A stretch of DNA of 32,000 bases from Alkanindiges sp. WGS2144 (GCF_043950625.1 NZ_CP171007.1); one strand, 5' to 3'. Counted from the stretch's first letter, positions 21,558 through 31,583 are shown. Notes: generated from the sequence alone by a model not told the origin. Program-made: numbers and translations.

Positions 21558-21854
21558 CTAATGATAAAACGAGTTGGCCTGATATTCAGGGTGTTTGTCG
21601 ATATACGATTTAACAAATGAACACGCTGGCTTGACTTTCAAACCCCGCTGTTGGGCATAGTCCAAAATATATTTGACTAAATAGGTAGCAAGACCACGCC
21701 CTCCCAGCTCGGGCGGTACTTTGGTGTGTAGATATGCAATGCCTTTTTCTCCATGAGGCGTAGTGAAATAATCATAATCTTCAAAAGCAACCTGACCATC
21801 AATGTGAATTTCAAAGCGTTTATCTTCTTCATTGTTAATCACATCATAGTTCAT
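21558..21854 (-). CDS. Small GNAT-like N-acetyltransferase (YjdJ / Acetyltransf_CG type, 98 aa)
   Basis: MNYDVINNEEDKRFEIHIDGQ...GGRGLATYLVKYILDYAQQRGLKVKPACSFVKSY fits the YjdJ-like single-domain GNAT pattern. There is a GGAGAG SD, and the start was moved to the ATG at 21854. Confidence 0.8.
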   Translation of the reverse strand: MNYDVINNEEDKRFEIHIDGQVAFEDYDYFTTPHGEKGIAYLHTKVPPELGGRGLATYLVKYILDYAQQRGLKVKPACSFVKSYIDKHPEYQANSFYH

Positions 21855-21980
21855 GGAACTCTCCAGTTTTAAGATCGACCTACACTTGATACTGTATAAA
21901 CCTGTCAAAACAATCACAGTAAAACATGAGTAAACTTATTTAACAGGCTTAAATACATTTAAAAAACAAACTTGTAAAAC

Positions 21981-22474
21981 TTAACTTAAGCCCAGAATCG
22001 GAATCACCAGGTCTTCTTCATCACTTAAATGACGCGACAGCAAGACGCCAACCTGACTCAGTTGCTGATGTAAGGTATCAGCAAGCTGTCGGTCTTCCAG
22101 CGCTGAGCGATATAATGCTCTACAGCTTTGTTGCAGGTCGTGTAACGCGGCATTTAATACCTGATGGTCATGATCCAGAATGGCAAAGCCTGCGGCTAGC
22201 ATTGGATAGTTTTTCACAAAACGCGGAAAATATTGTCCGTCCTCAATACTGTGATGACCGTGTAAGTGGTCAATATGACTGGAGAGCTGACGCAGAGTCT
22301 GCGATTTAAGTTAGCCCAGTCCAAACTGTTTTCCTGATAGGCGTTGCTGGTTTTTTGCAGTCTGGATTGCCGCTGCTGAATACGGGAATGCATGGTCAGC
22401 CATGTTGAGGTTTTATACGCATAATCCGAGTTAAGCCATTCATTTGGCGGTAATTGATCATGTAAAAATAGCAA
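21981..22474 (-). pseudogene. Hemerythrin-like (HHE cation-binding) domain gene interrupted by a frameshift
   Basis: Track ORFs 22214-22474 and 21981-22217 are adjacent. My translation of the downstream frame extends upstream without a start as KSQTLRQLSSHIDHLHGHHSIEDGQYFPRFVKNYPMLAAGF...RHLSDEEDLVIPIL (HHxxED..FP and HxxDEE..P motifs), up to a TAA at 22311-22313. The upstream ORF is in a different frame, so a 1-nt indel must lie at about 22290-22315. Confidence 0.6.
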
Positions 22475-22510
22475 CTCTTCATTGAGTAAGCTGTCCGCAT
22501 GACGTGGTAA

Positions 22511-22930
22511 AGCTATCGGACTTTTTGTCCTCTAGGCCCCGTTTTATGTCTGCTTGCCCCTGATGAGTTGCACTATCTGGATCAGTTAAATCTATCTCTC
22601 AAGGTTAATGGTAAAATAAGACAACAGGATTCAACAACTAATCTGGTATTTAAGCCCGCTGAAACCTTGGCGGAATACTCACAAATTACTAACTTTGAGC
22701 CTGGTGATGTGTTAATGACTGGAACCCCTACAGGTTGCGCACTGGCATTGCCCTCTGCCAGGATAGTCCGTCTTTTGGCATTACTCCCTGAGTCGATCAA
22801 ATGGAAAATGTTTAATCACTCACAGCAAAAGCGCAGTCAATACCTACAGATCGGTGATGTGATTGAATCCCATATCAGTAGTTGTGATGGTAAAATTAAT
22901 CTGGGCTGGCAGAAACATATTATTGTTTAG
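22511..22930 (+). pseudogene. 5'-truncated fumarylacetoacetate hydrolase (FAH) family gene fragment
   Basis: The frame opens at 22511 with no plausible start. It reads SYRTFCPLGPVL...LNLSLKVNGKIRQQDSTTNLVFKPAETLAEYSQITNFEPGDVLMTGTPTG, which is the C-terminal roughly 40-50% of an FAH-fold domain. The N-terminal half is absent, and the hemerythrin-like gene starts only about 40 bp away, head to head. Confidence 0.65.
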
Positions 22931-23112
22931 TGCGGTATATATTCTGATGTCTAACTCAATATCCTATCAGATTTAGAAAGTTGTTCACGAAAGAGCATCA
23001 TTAAAAATCGGCTGGGGTAGGATATTTTAGGAAGATATAGGACAAAATTTTTAGAATTATTCTTTAAAATCAGTATACTTAGGATGATTTAAGACAGTTT
23101 TGGAAAGATAAA

Positions 23113-23189
23113 TGGGGTGGCTAATGGGACTCGAACCCACGACAACCGAGATCACAACCCGGGGCTCTACCAACTGAGCTATAGCCACC
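23113..23189 (-). tRNA. tRNA-His (anticodon GUG)
   Basis: The reverse complement GGTGGCTATAGCTCAGTTGGTAGAGCCCCGGGTTGTGATCTCGGTTGTCGTGGGTTCGAGTCCCATTAGCCACCCCA folds as a full cloverleaf. It has G-1 paired with C73, an encoded CCA, and anticodon loop TTGTGAT. Confidence 0.97.
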
Positions 23190-23248
23190 ATAGACAATGC
23201 ATTAATGCATTATTTTGATGCTTTAAGGTAAAAGCTGGCGGCGTTAAG

Positions 23249-23325
23249 TGGCGCGCCTGACAGGATTCGAACCTGTGACCACCCGCTTAGAAGGCGGGTG
23301 CTCTATCCAGCTGAGCTACAGGCGC
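23249..23325 (-). tRNA. tRNA-Arg (anticodon UCU)
   Basis: The reverse complement GCGCCTGTAGCTCAGCTGGATAGAGCACCCGCCTTCTAAGCGGGTGGTCACAGGTTCGAATCCTGTCAGGCGCGCCA folds as a cloverleaf with anticodon loop CTTCTAA and an encoded CCA. Confidence 0.97.
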
Positions 23326-23384
23326 ATGATCGCTGATAATTAACATAATTTGTATAGCTATCATACGATAATCGCCGATTAAAT

Positions 23385-23461
<77 letters not shown>

Positions 23462-23505
23462 ATCATCTCAGCTTCTTGTACCACAGTGCCTGCGGTACGG
23501 TGTGC

Positions 23506-23534
23506 ATTCTAGGGGTGAGCGGCTTATCCGTCAA
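23506..23534 (-). promoter_or_regulatory. Candidate sigma70 promoter of the tRNA Pro-Arg-His operon
   Basis: On the minus strand, TTGACG (23534-23529), a 17-nt spacer and TAGAAT (23511-23506). The AT-rich stretch upstream (TTTTTTTTAAAGG) is UP-element-like. The GC-rich discriminator GCACACC is typical of stable-RNA promoters. Confidence 0.6.
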
Positions 23535-23613
23535 CACCTGCCTTTAAAAAAAATGCTTTTTAGCACACCGACCGTTTATTTATCCATCAAAACATTAAAA
23601 AATGCAAGCTTTC

Positions 23614-24678
23614 CTAGCGTTTCAGGCTAGCCGTAAAGCTCAGCATACGATCTAACGGCAGTTTGGCTCGTTGTGCCAAGGCTGGATCAACCAGAATTTC
23701 CTGATCACCTGTCTTAAGCACTTGCAGGATATTATCCAGGCCATTCATTGCCATCCACGGACAATGCGCACAGGAACGACACGTCGCCCCTTCGCCAGCT
23801 GTCGGCGCTTCAATTAACACCTTGCCCGGCGCAGCCTGTTGCATTTTGTAAAAGATGCCACGGTCAGTCGCCACAATCATATGACTATGCGGCAGGGTTT
23901 GTGCCGCTTTAATCAGCTGGCTGGTACTTCCTACTGCATCTGCAATAGCAACTACCGATTCTGGCGACTCAGGATGCACCAGCACTGCTGCATCCGGATA
24001 CAGCGCTTTCATCTGGGCAATGCCACGCGCACGAAATTCCTCATGCACAATACAGGCACCATCCCACAGCAGCATATCGGCACCGGTTTTTTTCTGAATA
24101 TAGCGCCCCAGATGCTGATCTGGTGCCCAGATAATTTTTTCGCCCAAGCTGTCCAGATGCTCAATAATTTCTACCGCACAACTGGAAGTCACCACCCAGT
24201 CCGCACGCGCCTTAACCGCTGCCGAGGTATTGGCGTATACCACTACAGTATGGTCGGGATACTGATCACAAAAAGCACTAAACTCATCTACCGGGCAGCC
24301 AAGGTCAAGCGAACATGTGGCTTCCAGGGTAGGCATCAGCACGGTTTTTTCCGGTGACAGGATTTTGGCGGTTTCCCCCATAAACTTGACACCAGCCACC
24401 ATCAAGGTGCTGGCCGGATAGTCGCGGCCAAATCGGGCCATTTCCAGCGAATCAGACACACAACCACCCGTTGCCTCCGCCAGCGCCTGAATTTCAGGAT
24501 CGCAATAATAGTGTGCGACCAGCACGGCATCACGCTGTTTAAGCTCGGAAGCAATTTCATCATACAAGCCCTGCTTTTCAGCATCGGTCAGCTGAATTTG
24601 CGTTGCTTGTCCCAAACGATCCAGATGCTCCTGTACCAGGGCCTTGGCATCATTTTCAAACAGGATAGTTTCGGTCAT
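23614..24678 (-). CDS. nadA: Quinolinate synthase NadA
   Basis: 354 aa with typical NadA sequence ([15 protein letters not shown], three-domain repeat, Fe-S cysteines including CxxCxHCPWM). Confidence 0.95.
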   Translation of the reverse strand: MTETILFENDAKALVQEHLDRLGQATQIQLTDAEKQGLYDEIASELKQRDAVLVAHYYCDPEIQALAEATGGCVSDSLEMARFGRDYPASTLMVAGVKFMGETAKILSPEKTVLMPTLEATCSLDLGCPVDEFSAFCDQYPDHTVVVYANTSAAVKARADWVVTSSCAVEIIEHLDSLGEKIIWAPDQHLGRYIQKKTGADMLLWDGACIVHEEFRARGIAQMKALYPDAAVLVHPESPESVVAIADAVGSTSQLIKAAQTLPHSHMIVATDRGIFYKMQQAAPGKVLIEAPTAGEGATCRSCAHCPWMAMNGLDNILQVLKTGDQEILVDPALAQRAKLPLDRMLSFTASLKR

Positions 24679-24933
24679 GGGAAGGGGTATCTCTTCGATA
24701 TTTCAGGCTGGCTTAGCATATCGGCCAGGTCATTGCAGGAAATTTGTACAGTACAACGCCCCAATAGTCTAGGTGCGCCGGGGCTAGTATAGTATAAAAG
24801 TTCCTGCTGCTGTCTTTATAGGGCAAATTCCACCAATTTCAATGGGTAAAAATCCTTTGCTATAACAGTATGGTGCCCTGTCCTGATTGTGTTTTTAATT
24901 CACCACCAGCCTTATACCCAATACGCCTGAGCC

Positions 24934-25488
24934 TTAGAGCTGACTTTGTCGGGATTTTAAGTAATCCAGCATGGTCTGTGCATCAGACACTTCAAACGGA
25001 TCATCCGGGCAGTTATCCGACATGCCTGGTTCAGCAAACAGCTTGACGATTTTTTTATCATCAACCAGCATGGAATAGCGCCATGAGCGATTCCCAAAAC
25101 CCAGGTTTTCTTTTTCCACTAGCATGTCCATGCCACGGGTAAAATCTGCATTACCATCAGGTAGCATGTGCACTTTATCTGCGCCTAGTTTCTGGCTCCA
25201 TTGAAACATCACAAAGGCATCATTGACCGCCAAACAGTAGATTTCATCAATACCCAGCTGTTTAAATTCATCATATTTTTCTTCAAAGCCCGGTAAATGG
25301 GTGCTGGAACAAGTCGGTGTAAACGCACCGGGTAAAGCAAACACGATTACTTTTTTTCCAGCAAAAATATCATTGGTGGTTTTGTCTTCCCAGCGAAACG
25401 GATTATCACCGCTAATGCTTTCATCCCGTACACGGGTTTTAAATATTACATCTGGCACCATATGCGGGAAATTACGTTGATCGGTCAT
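24934..25488 (-). CDS. Peroxiredoxin, Prx5 (type V, glutaredoxin/thioredoxin-dependent) subfamily
   Basis: LPGAFTPTCSSTHLPGF is the peroxidatic-Cys motif, and the size and layout are Prx5-like. Confidence 0.88.
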   Translation of the reverse strand: MTDQRNFPHMVPDVIFKTRVRDESISGDNPFRWEDKTTNDIFAGKKVIVFALPGAFTPTCSSTHLPGFEEKYDEFKQLGIDEIYCLAVNDAFVMFQWSQKLGADKVHMLPDGNADFTRGMDMLVEKENLGFGNRSWRYSMLVDDKKIVKLFAEPGMSDNCPDDPFEVSDAQTMLDYLKSRQSQL

Positions 25489-25605
25489 GGCACTTGTGTC
25501 CTGCTTTGATTTGAATGAGTTTATTGAACCAGAAAAAAATTTCGTTATTTATACGGTTTTGGTATAGAACACGCTTTGTTTTGCATCCGGCTTTTATAAA
25601 GACAA

Positions 25606-25636
25606 TAAAAAACGGCTTCTTGAAAAGCCGTTTTTT
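25606..25636 (-). terminator. Rho-independent (bidirectional-shaped) terminator after argJ
   Basis: The sequence is AAAAAA-CGGCTT-cttgaa-AAGCCG-TTTTTT, a 6-bp GC-rich stem (25613-25618 with 25625-25630) flanked by A and T runs. It lies about 22 nt downstream of the argJ stop. Confidence 0.8.
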
Positions 25637-25658
25637 GATATCAACATACAACTATGGA

Positions 25659-26879
25659 TCAGGAACGATAGTCCGCATTGATTTTGACGTAATCATAAGA
25701 CAAATCACAAGTCCAGACGGTATCACTGGCATTGCCACGTCCTAATGCGATGCGGATTGTAATTTCCTCCTGCTGCATCACTTTGGCACCCTGCTCCTCA
25801 CGATAGGCCGGCGCTGCACCGCCATCACGACAAATCTGCACATCATCCAGCCATACCTGAACCTTACTTACATCCAGCTCGGGCACACCAGCCTTGCCAA
25901 CTGCTGCCAGTATCCGCCCCCAGTTTGGATCAGAAGCAAAAAACGCCGTTTTAATCAAAGGTGAATGTGCCACGCTATAGGCAATATCGCAGCATTCCTG
26001 AGTATTTAGACCTTGCTCTACCTGTACGGTAATAAACTTGGTTGCCCCCTCACCATCGCGCACAATGAGCTGCGCCAAACGGGTAAATATACACTGCAAG
26101 GCGGCCAATAAAGGCTCATAGCGGCTATCCTGCGAGCTTTCAATGTCTGCTCCGCCCGCTTTACCAGTAGCAATCAGCATGCAGGCATCATTGGTTGAGG
26201 TATCGCCATCAATGGTAATACGGTTAAAAGACTGCTCCACCACCGCTTTTAGCATCTCATCCAGCAAGGGTTTGGCAATCGGCGCATCGGTACCCACAAA
26301 TGCCAGCATGGTAGCCATATTGGGGCGAATCATGCCAGCGCCTTTGCTAATACCGGTAATGGTATAGCGCTGACCATCTACCTCAACAATTTCAGAAGCA
26401 CCCTTAGGCAAGGTGTCAGTAGTCATAATGCCCGTTGCGGCTTCTTCCCAGCCATTCTCCTTAAGGTTAGCCACTGCATCCGGCAAACTGGCAATCAGGC
26501 GATCAATGGGTAACTGCTCACCAATAACACCGGTAGAAAAAGGCAATATCTGGTTGGCATGAGTGCTGGTTAAACTGGCTAGAGCCTGGCAGCTTTCTGC
26601 GCTTGTTTCCAGGCCACGCAGCCCTGTGCCCGCATTGGCATTGCCTGTATTAATAACCAGATAACGTGGCGCTGCAATGGCCAAATGATGGCGTGCCAGC
26701 TGAACCGGCGCAGCACAAAAGGCATTTTTGGTAAACACACCTGCTACACTGGCACCCGGACTGATTTCAAAAACCACCAGATCACGGCGATTTTTATAAC
26801 GAATATAGCTTTGAGTAATGCCAATCCGGATCCCATCAATGTCATGCATTGTGGGCATGGAGAGATCGCCAACCGCCAT
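25659..26879 (-). CDS. argJ: Bifunctional glutamate N-acetyltransferase / amino-acid N-acetyltransferase ArgJ
   Basis: 406 aa with MAVG... N-terminus, the autoprocessing site region [13 protein letters not shown], and TTDTLPKG. There is an AGGAAGCAGGA SD. Confidence 0.95.
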   Translation of the reverse strand: MAVGDLSMPTMHDIDGIRIGITQSYIRYKNRRDLVVFEISPGASVAGVFTKNAFCAAPVQLARHHLAIAAPRYLVINTGNANAGTGLRGLETSAESCQALASLTSTHANQILPFSTGVIGEQLPIDRLIASLPDAVANLKENGWEEAATGIMTTDTLPKGASEIVEVDGQRYTITGISKGAGMIRPNMATMLAFVGTDAPIAKPLLDEMLKAVVEQSFNRITIDGDTSTNDACMLIATGKAGGADIESSQDSRYEPLLAALQCIFTRLAQLIVRDGEGATKFITVQVEQGLNTQECCDIAYSVAHSPLIKTAFFASDPNWGRILAAVGKAGVPELDVSKVQVWLDDVQICRDGGAAPAYREEQGAKVMQQEEITIRIALGRGNASDTVWTCDLSYDYVKINADYRS

Positions 26880-27000
26880 GATCCTGCTTCCTGTTGTGTT
26901 TGGTTTAAATTAAGGGATTTTAAGCGCTAGTATACAAAAAACTGCTGAATAAGCCTGTTGAACTTTAAAAAAAAACATCATTTTTTAATGCAGAACATCA

Positions 27001-27468
27001 TTACACTGGCTGCTGACAACGCATAATGAGTTTGCCCTGCCCAGGTTCTGCGGTATGATCCAGAATCATATTCGTTAGCCGTGCCTCCAGACCCTGAATA
27101 TGCCAGCGCATCCCCTCTTGTGGATTAACTCCCTGCTCGGTGGCATATAACTCACCAATAGAAGCAGGGACGCTATATAGCTCATACGTTTTACCATCAA
27201 TGGTGAGTTGTGCTTTAGGCGCTGCCTCTGGCTCTTCAATATAAGTGGCCTGAATCACTTGCTGATGATCACACTGATAATTGATATGCCGATAGGATAT
27301 GGCTGGTTTGACGGGCGCAGCTGCTGCCAGCTGATCCTGATTGCTGGCTGTTGTTTGCACCTGACTGCTATTCGCAGGCAAGCTACCCAGACGGTAATAA
27401 GTCACTAATGCAATAATGATACCACCAATAATCAATAACCAGGGCACCTGTTTTTTATCCCACTTCAT
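27001..27468 (-). CDS. Membrane-anchored MliC-like (C-type lysozyme inhibitor fold) protein
   Basis: It has an N-terminal TM helix VPWLLIIGGIIIALVTYY with no lipobox Cys. The C-terminal domain has the MliC landmarks YQCD..., ...SVPASIGELYA (compare SASGARY), WHIQGLEA (compare WSKGDEA) and a terminal Cys. There is a GGAAGA SD. Confidence 0.6.
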   Translation of the reverse strand: MKWDKKQVPWLLIIGGIIIALVTYYRLGSLPANSSQVQTTASNQDQLAAAAPVKPAISYRHINYQCDHQQVIQATYIEEPEAAPKAQLTIDGKTYELYSVPASIGELYATEQGVNPQEGMRWHIQGLEARLTNMILDHTAEPGQGKLIMRCQQPV

Positions 27469-27562
27469 GGCGTCTTCCAGATAGTTTCATTGAATATTCT
27501 TTTAACGGTAAACAGCACGAAATGGTCTACACGATATTGTTTAGTTTAACTAAATTTAAATA

Positions 27563-27588
27563 TAAAAAAGCAGGCACATGGCCTGCTT
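27563..27588 (-). terminator. Rho-independent terminator of secA
   Basis: AAGCAGGC (27568-27575) pairs with GCCTGCTT (27581-27588) around a 5-nt loop. On the minus strand it is followed by TTTTTT (complement of 27564-27569). It lies about 17 nt after the secA stop. Confidence 0.8.
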
Positions 27589-27604
27589 CCAAAATTTATG
27601 ATGA

Positions 27605-30361
27605 TCAGGTTAGGCGACCGTGACACTGCTTGTATTTCTTACCTGAGCCACAAGGACAGGGTGCATTACGTCCAACATTCACCCCGGCAGGCATGGCATT
27701 AGCCTGCTGCTGGGCAGCACGCATTTCCTCTGCCTGATTGATGCCAGCCAGTTCCGGATCCTGATGCATTTCACCGGTCAGGCCATCAAACTCACTGTGC
27801 TGGAACGAAAGTTTCATGGCTTCTGCCTCACGCTGCTGCTGAGCCTCAAGCTCTGCGAGTTCCTCAGCAGTCGGCAGATGTACACGTGCCAGATCCTGTA
27901 CCACTTCAGACTTAATACCACCTAACAGGTTCTGAAACAGACTGAAGGCTTCACGCTTATATTCCTGCTCCGGATTTTTTTGTGCGTAGCCACGCAGGTG
28001 GATACCCTGACGCAAATAATCCATGGCAGCCAAATGCTCTTTCCAGTGACGATCGAGCGATTGCAACATAAAATGGCGCTCCAGCATGGGTGCTGTGTCT
28101 TCACCCATTTGCTCACGACGAGCCTTATAGCGTGCTATACCAGCTTCAACCACCTTTTCCAGCAGGCCTTCCTCATCTAGACGACGGTCTTCATTGAGCC
28201 ATTGCTGAACCGGCAAATCAAGGCTCAGCTCCTGCTGTAATGCCTGCTCCAGTCCCGCTACATCCCACTGGTCTTCAATACTACCTGGTGGAATGTAGTT
28301 GCCCACTAGCCCGGCAATCACATCATGGTGCATATTGATGATGCCGTCCTGTAATGATTCTTCTGCCAGAATAGCATCGCGCTGGTTATAAATAATCTGG
28401 CGTTGCTCATTGGCTACATCATCATATTTCAACAGGTTTTTACGGATATCAAAGTTACGTGCTTCCACTTTGCGCTGGGCGTTTTCAATGGAGCGGCTGA
28501 CCATTTTATGCTCAATGGCCTCGTCTTCTTTTAAGCCCATGGCACGCATCATGCCGACTACACGATCACCAGCAAAAATGCGCATCAAGTCATCTTCAAG
28601 TGACAGATAAAAGCGTGATACACCAGGGTCACCCTGACGGCCAGCACGGCCACGCAACTGGTTGTCAATCCGGCGTGATTCATGCCGCTCAGAGCCAATG
28701 ATATGCAGGCCGCCTGCTTCCAGCACTTTCTGGTGATTGGTTTCCCACTCAGCTTTTAGGCGTGCAGCATCGGCATCAGTCGGGTTTTCCAGCTTGGCCA
28801 GCAGCGCTTTCCAGTTACCACCCAGCAAAATATCAGTACCACGACCTGCCATATTAGTGGCAATGGTAACGGCTCCCGGACGACCGGCCTGGGCAATAAT
28901 ATCCGCTTCACGGTCATGCTGTTTGGCGTTGAGCACTTCGTGCGTAATCCCTGCCTGTGTTAATTTATGGGACAGATATTCACTGGCTTCAATCGTGGCG
29001 GTACCGACCAGAATAGGCGCATTTTTTTCAGCAGTAATTTGCCTGATTTCTTCAATGATCGCGTTGTATTTGCCTTCACGGGTGAGGAAAATCAAATCAT
29101 TTTGGTCATTACGAATCATGGGGCGATGGGTCGGGATAATCACCACATCCAGGCCGTAAATCTGTCTAAACTCAGTAGCTTCTGTATCGGCTGTACCGGT
29201 CATACCGGAAAGCTTTTCATACAAGCGGAAGAAATTCTGGAAAGTGGTGGTGGCCAGTGTCTGGTTTTCTGGCTGAATATTCACACCTTCTTTGGCTTCT
29301 ACTGCCTGATGCAAGCCCTCTGACCAGCGACGCCCCGGCATGGTACGACCAGTATGCTCATCGACAATGACAATTTCGCCATCATGCACAATATAATGCA
29401 CATCACGCTGATACAGATTATGGGCACGTACAGCGGCGGTGACATGATGTACCAGATTCAGGTTAGCAGCCGAATACAGACTTTCGCCTTCAGCCAGCAA
29501 GCCCATTTTGATCAGCTCCTGCTCGACAAACTCATAGCCGGCTTCAGTCATTTCAATAGAGCGCTGTTTTTCATCCACCCAGAAATGCCCGCCGTCAGCC
29601 ACTTTTTCTTCTTTTTGTGCCTTTAGCTTAGGAGCCAGCATGTTAATCATGGCATACAGGCGGGAGGAGTCTTCACTTTGTCCAGAAATAATCAGCGGCG
29701 TACGCGCCTCATCAATTAAGATAGAGTCAACTTCATCAATAATGGCAAATTTTAAAAAACGCTGTTTTTTCTCGTCAAGCGCAAATACCATATTATTGCG
29801 CAGGTAATCAAAACCAAACTCATTGTTGGTACCGTAGGTGATGTCAGCCTCGTAAGCCAGTTTCTTTTCTTCTGGCGACTGCATGGAATAAATCACCCCA
29901 ACCGTCAAACCCAGAAACTCAAACAAAGGACGGTTCAGCTCGGCATCACGGGTAGCCAGGTAATCATTCACAGTGACTACATGCACGCCCATGCCGGTCA
30001 TGGCATTTAGATAACAGGCCAGCGTACCCATCAGGGTTTTACCTTCACCGGTACGCATTTCGGCAATCTTGCCTTCATGCAAGGTCATACCACCGATGAG
30101 CTGTACATCGTAGTGGCGCATGCCCAGTACTCGCTTTGCCGCTTCACGGCATACGGCAAAAGCCTCTGGCATAAGCTTATCCAGGCTTTCTCCCTGCTGG
30201 TAACGCTGTTTAAATTCGGTCGTTTTATCGGCCAGTTCAGCATCACTTAATGCCGAAATCGTCGGTTCCAGTGCGTTAATGGCTTCAACACTTTTACGCA
30301 TTCTTTTGAGCTCGCGCTCATTTTTAGTACCGAAGATCCCTCCGATAAAACTTGCTAACAT
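27605..30361 (-). CDS. secA: Preprotein translocase ATPase SecA
   Basis: It starts [23 protein letters not shown]... and has DEAD-like motor motifs ([30 protein letters not shown]) and the C-terminal zinc finger [14 protein letters not shown]. The start is set at the ATG at 30361; the track extension to 30460 has no homology. Confidence 0.98.
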   Translation of the reverse strand: MLASFIGGIFGTKNERELKRMRKSVEAINALEPTISALSDAELADKTTEFKQRYQQGESLDKLMPEAFAVCREAAKRVLGMRHYDVQLIGGMTLHEGKIAEMRTGEGKTLMGTLACYLNAMTGMGVHVVTVNDYLATRDAELNRPLFEFLGLTVGVIYSMQSPEEKKLAYEADITYGTNNEFGFDYLRNNMVFALDEKKQRFLKFAIIDEVDSILIDEARTPLIISGQSEDSSRLYAMINMLAPKLKAQKEEKVADGGHFWVDEKQRSIEMTEAGYEFVEQELIKMGLLAEGESLYSAANLNLVHHVTAAVRAHNLYQRDVHYIVHDGEIVIVDEHTGRTMPGRRWSEGLHQAVEAKEGVNIQPENQTLATTTFQNFFRLYEKLSGMTGTADTEATEFRQIYGLDVVIIPTHRPMIRNDQNDLIFLTREGKYNAIIEEIRQITAEKNAPILVGTATIEASEYLSHKLTQAGITHEVLNAKQHDREADIIAQAGRPGAVTIATNMAGRGTDILLGGNWKALLAKLENPTDADAARLKAEWETNHQKVLEAGGLHIIGSERHESRRIDNQLRGRAGRQGDPGVSRFYLSLEDDLMRIFAGDRVVGMMRAMGLKEDEAIEHKMVSRSIENAQRKVEARNFDIRKNLLKYDDVANEQRQIIYNQRDAILAEESLQDGIINMHHDVIAGLVGNYIPPGSIEDQWDVAGLEQALQQELSLDLPVQQWLNEDRRLDEEGLLEKVVEAGIARYKARREQMGEDTAPMLERHFMLQSLDRHWKEHLAAMDYLRQGIHLRGYAQKNPEQEYKREAFSLFQNLLGGIKSEVVQDLARVHLPTAEELAELEAQQQREAEAMKLSFQHSEFDGLTGEMHQDPELAGINQAEEMRAAQQQANAMPAGVNVGRNAPCPCGSGKKYKQCHGRLT

Positions 30362-30794
30362 GGAATAAACTCTCAAATACCCTGATTTAGATAACAGCTT
30401 TATTTTTGCCTGTTGGCTATTATGGTGACAGCGTCGATAAGTGCAAGTGCTATATGACAAAGAATCGTTAAAAAGGTAATTTTATCGCTATAAATTAATG
30501 CGCTTAAGGCAAACCATTTGCTCTTTTTTTAAGCAGATTTTATCAAAAAAAACTGTGAACTGCTTATTTTGGAGGTGAATTCCGGACCAGCAAGTTATTG
30601 AACGGTGGTTTGTCGTAACTGCGCTCAAGACGGAATTTAAACCTTATAATCAACTAACCCGGTTGAATTCCCGCTTTATCTACAAAAATGATATACAATT
30701 GAAAAAACATTGCTTTTCATTTATCAGTATTTAGGTGCATAGTAGGACAGATTTTTTAATTGCTCTGCGCAACTGACAACAAAGGAGTACAAAG

Positions 30795-31436
30795 ATGACC
30801 ATTCGTTTAGGTGATATCGCCCCTGATTTTGAGCAGGATTCTAACGAAGGCACAATTAAATTTCATGAATGGCTGGGCGATAGCTGGGGTGTTTTATTTT
30901 CCCACCCGGCTGACTATACCCCTGTGTGCACCACTGAGCTGGGTCTGACTGCAAAATTAAAAGATGAATTTGCCAAGCGCAATGTAAAAGCGATTGCCTT
31001 ATCAGTAGATGATGCTGAATCGCACAAAGGCTGGATTGGCGATATTAATGAAACCCAGAACTGCCAGGTGAATTTTCCGATTATTGCCGATGCGGACCGC
31101 AAGGTATCTGAACTGTATGGCTTTATTCACCCTAATGCCAGCGATACCTTAACCGTGCGCTCCCTGGTCGTGATTGACCCGAACAAAAAGGTTCGCTTGA
31201 TTATTACTTATCCAGCTAGCACTGGCCGTAACTTTAACGAAATCCTGCGTGTGATTGACTCCCTGCAATTAACTGACAACTATAAAGTAGCCACCCCAGG
31301 TAACTGGAATCAGGGCGATGACGTGGTAATTGTTCCTTCCATTACTGATGAAGAAGAACTAAAACAGCGTTTCCCCAAAGGCTATAAAGCCATCAAGCCT
31401 TATCTACGCATGACCCCGCAGCCTGATAAAGCTTAA
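30795..31436 (+). CDS. 1-Cys peroxiredoxin (Prx6 subfamily)
   Basis: SHPADYTPVCTTELG is the peroxidatic motif. At 213 aa it has the Prx6-type C-terminal extension. There is a strong AAGGAG SD. Confidence 0.9.
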   Translation: MTIRLGDIAPDFEQDSNEGTIKFHEWLGDSWGVLFSHPADYTPVCTTELGLTAKLKDEFAKRNVKAIALSVDDAESHKGWIGDINETQNCQVNFPIIADADRKVSELYGFIHPNASDTLTVRSLVVIDPNKKVRLIITYPASTGRNFNEILRVIDSLQLTDNYKVATPGNWNQGDDVVIVPSITDEEELKQRFPKGYKAIKPYLRMTPQPDKA

Positions 31437-31446
31437 TTTCAGCTTT

Positions 31447-31484
31447 AAAAAACACGCTCAGGCTTTACTTGAGCGTGTTTTTTA
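31447..31484 (+). terminator. Rho-independent terminator after the 1-Cys peroxiredoxin gene (bidirectional shape)
   Basis: AACACGCTCA (31451-31460) pairs with TGAGCGTGTT (31470-31479) around a 9-nt loop. It is flanked by an A-run and TTTTTAT. Confidence 0.85.
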
Positions 31485-31583
31485 TGCCAGATAAAAATAG
31501 TTGGTTTTATTTTGCACAACAGGCTTGCTGATCAGGGAATACAAGCCAGTATGAACGGCAATCACCATAAATATGGCAGGCGG

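Noticed and set aside
17178-23112. The holA-to-tRNA-His interval, considered as a mobile genomic island.
   Set aside because: I found no integrase, transposase or IS ends, and no direct repeat of the tRNA-His 3' end by eye. Base composition looks similar to the flanks. It is treated only as an old accessory or decaying segment.
30362-30794. A 433-bp divergent secA / 1-Cys-peroxiredoxin intergenic region, examined for a secM-like leader ORF, an OxyR site or a structured RNA.
   Set aside because: I found no SD-preceded ORF ending near secA and no ATAG-N7-CTAT-type OxyR pattern that I could align. The only structure is a weak 6-bp stem (AAGCAG...CTGCTT) with a 22-nt loop. I cannot support a call.
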